DNA of 64,000 nucleotides, from the NCBI GenBank assembly GCA_019510125.1, contig JAEKKX010000005.1, positions 46,009 through 110,008 on the forward strand. Direction: 5' to 3'. The stretch's first letter is position 1; every line of letters begins with the position of its first letter. The stretch is from Lysobacterales bacterium. GTDB taxonomy: Bacteria > Pseudomonadota > Gammaproteobacteria > Xanthomonadales > Xanthomonadaceae. Positions 62,215 to 64,000 of the stretch are shown here, piece after piece. A program made the position numbers and the translations under genes. The notes beneath the pieces are model-generated. The model did no database searches and had not been told where the DNA came from. It saw only the letters and a program-made list of their open reading frames with translations.

Positions 62215-63249
62215 ATGTCCCCGACGTATCGTTTTCCCGCGGAATGGGAACCCCAATCCGCGGTGCTCCTCGCATGGCCGCACTTCGACACCGACTGGGG
62301 CCCGCGCCTGGTCGACGTGGAAGAAACCTACATCGCCCTGGTCGCCGCGATCACCGCGCACGAACCGGCGGTGATCTGCGTCGCCGACGACGACCTGCAG
62401 ACCTACGCCGAGGCCCGGCTCAGCTCGGCGCGGGTCGACATGGCGCGGGTGCGCTTCGTGGTCGTCGAGTACGACGACACCTGGCTGCGCGATAGCGGCC
62501 CGATCACCCTGCGCGGCCTCACCGGCCAGCGCCTGCTCGATTTCCGCTTCACCGGCTGGGGCGGCAAGTTCGAGGCCAGCCGCGACGACCGCCTGGTCGA
62601 AGCGCTGGTCGCGCAGGGCCTGTTCCCGCAGGCCGAGCGCGTGCAGATCGATTTCGCGCTGGAAGGCGGCGGCATCGAGACCGACGGCGCCGGCACCCTG
62701 CTGACGACCTGGCGCTGCCTCCACGAACGCCATCCGCAGGCGAGCCGCGCCGAACTGACCGCGAAGCTCGCCGGCTGGCTGCGCCAGGACCGTGTGCTGT
62801 GGCTGGACCACGGCTACCTGGAAGGCGACGACACCGACGCGCACATCGATACCCTCGCCCGGTTCGCCGCGGAGGACGCGATCGTCTACCAGGGCTGCGA
62901 CGACGTCAGCGACACCCATTACCCGGAACTGCAGGCGATGGCCGCCGAACTCGCCACGCTGCGCACGCGCGCCGGCAGGCCGTACCGGCTGTTCGCGCTG
63001 CCGTGGCCACGACCGATCTTCGACGAGGGCCGCCGCCTCGCCGCCAGCTACGCCAACTTCCTGATCGTCGACGGCGCGGTGCTGATGCCGGCCTACGGCG
63101 ATCCCGCCGACGCGCGGGCGCAGGAAGTGATGGCCGAAGCCTTCCCGGGGCGCGAGATCGTCCCGGTGCCGTGCCGGCCGCTGATCTGGCAGAACGGCAG
63201 CCTGCACTGCATCACGATGCAGTTGCCGGCGGGCGCACTGGGCGACTGA
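62215..63249 (+). CDS. aguA: Agmatine deiminase (porphyromonas-type peptidyl-arginine deiminase family)
   Basis: A 344-aa ORF with FPAEWEPQSAVLLAWP, DTWLRDSGP, EGGGIETDG, DAHIDTLARF and the C-terminal catalytic GSLHCITMQ. Confidence 0.93.
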   Translation: MSPTYRFPAEWEPQSAVLLAWPHFDTDWGPRLVDVEETYIALVAAITAHEPAVICVADDDLQTYAEARLSSARVDMARVRFVVVEYDDTWLRDSGPITLRGLTGQRLLDFRFTGWGGKFEASRDDRLVEALVAQGLFPQAERVQIDFALEGGGIETDGAGTLLTTWRCLHERHPQASRAELTAKLAGWLRQDRVLWLDHGYLEGDDTDAHIDTLARFAAEDAIVYQGCDDVSDTHYPELQAMAAELATLRTRAGRPYRLFALPWPRPIFDEGRRLAASYANFLIVDGAVLMPAYGDPADARAQEVMAEAFPGREIVPVPCRPLIWQNGSLHCITMQLPAGALGD

Positions 63250-63259
63250 GAGGGGTTCG

Positions 63260-63781
63260 ATGCGCATGCGATGGCCCGCATGGGCGCTGATGCTGATGCT
63301 GCCGGCCCAGGACGTTGTCGCAGGGAAATACCGGGCGCCGGACAACGACGCCACGGTCGCCACGATCGAGTTCACTCGCAGCGTGCCCGATCCCGGCGCC
63401 AGGTCGTTGCAGAAGCTGTCGCTGTATCGGGACGCGCAGTGCACGCTCGGCAAAGGCGTCGGTTACGCGGCCGGCGTGACCAGACTCGGCGCCAAGCGGA
63501 AAGTCGTCCGCGTACCAGCGCAGCAGCGGATCTTCCTGTGGGTAACGACATCGGAGTGGACGCACGGCGGCAAGTCTGAGATGCCGGGTTTCATCGCACT
63601 CGCAACCCAGCACGACTGCATGACATTGCACAGCTTCGTACCGGAGCCGGGTCACCGCTACAGCGTCAGTCATCGCCGCACGGGCGACGGGTGCGCACTG
63701 GATGTCGAAGACATGGCGACCGCGCTGCCGCCTGCAGACCTGTCGCTGCACAATCCCATGCCTTGCAGCGATGCGCCCTGA
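63260..63781 (+). CDS. Hypothetical secreted protein (173 aa) inserted between aguA and aguB
   Basis: It has an N-terminal hydrophobic leader (MRMRWPAWALMLMLPAQDVVAG), 5 Cys residues and visibly lower GC than its neighbours. No family is recognised. Confidence 0.5.
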   Translation: MRMRWPAWALMLMLPAQDVVAGKYRAPDNDATVATIEFTRSVPDPGARSLQKLSLYRDAQCTLGKGVGYAAGVTRLGAKRKVVRVPAQQRIFLWVTTSEWTHGGKSEMPGFIALATQHDCMTLHSFVPEPGHRYSVSHRRTGDGCALDVEDMATALPPADLSLHNPMPCSDAP

Positions 63782-63824
63782 CGCCCGACGATTGAGCCTC
63801 CCTGGAAACCCACCGGCCGGTACC

Positions 63825-64000
63825 ATGAACAAGAAGACCCTCCCCGTCGCCCTGATCCAGGAGCGCAACCACGGCGACGCCGCAGCCAACCTGGCCGTCA
63901 TCGAGGCGCGCGTGGCCGAGGCCGCGAAGCACGGCGCGAAGCTGGTGCTGCTGCAGGAACTGCACAACGGCGCCTATTTCTGCCAGCACGAGTCGGTGGA
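63825..64000 (+). CDS. aguB: N-carbamoylputrescine amidase (carbon-nitrogen hydrolase family), 5' part only
   Basis: Own translation from ATG 63825 gives MNKKTLPVALIQERNHGDAAANLAVIEARVAEAAKHGAKLVLLQELHNGAYFCQHESV. The frame runs off the window end. Confidence 0.85.
   Translation, partial: MNKKTLPVALIQERNHGDAAANLAVIEARVAEAAKHGAKLVLLQELHNGAYFCQHESV

Overview
This is a 64-kb, roughly 70% GC, gene-dense chromosomal segment. Its content and order look like core genome of a Xanthomonadaceae/Lysobacteraceae-type gammaproteobacterium; the taxon is an inference. Recognisable blocks are a polyamine gamma-glutamylation cluster, ppsR/ppsA, orn, tadA, guaBA, folD, moeB-moeA-mobA, der-bamB-yfgM, rodZ-rlmN-ndk, TetR-fadBA, galU, wbpM/wbpL-like genes, lapAB, ihfB-rpsA-cmk, and aguA/aguB.

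I call about 58 protein genes, tRNA-Ala(GGC) and tRNA-Glu(UUC), a few promoters, operators and terminators, and several repeat arrays. I see no transposase, integrase, CRISPR array, rRNA or recognisable phage-defence genes. Many of the very long ORFs in the track are antisense or out-of-frame shadows typical of high-GC DNA, so true starts were re-derived by hand.

The most interesting locus is at 13981-18166. It is a 1020-aa protein with a catalase-related heme-type domain fused to a LodA/GoxA-type cysteine-tryptophylquinone (CTQ) oxidase. A LodB-type flavoprotein gene follows 7 nt downstream. I do not know this architecture from any characterised enzyme.

Secondary leads:
- An operon of a Clp-fold SDH-type serine protease, a MauE-like membrane protein and a MauD/TlpA-like redoxin (50225-52329). 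The last two genes are linked in frame through a 15-nt repeat array.
- A 15-nt tandem array at the 5' end of the wbpL/wecA-like initiating glycosyltransferase gene.
- An intrinsic terminator sitting in the apparent ndk leader.
- A synteny break where ispG-hisS would be expected.
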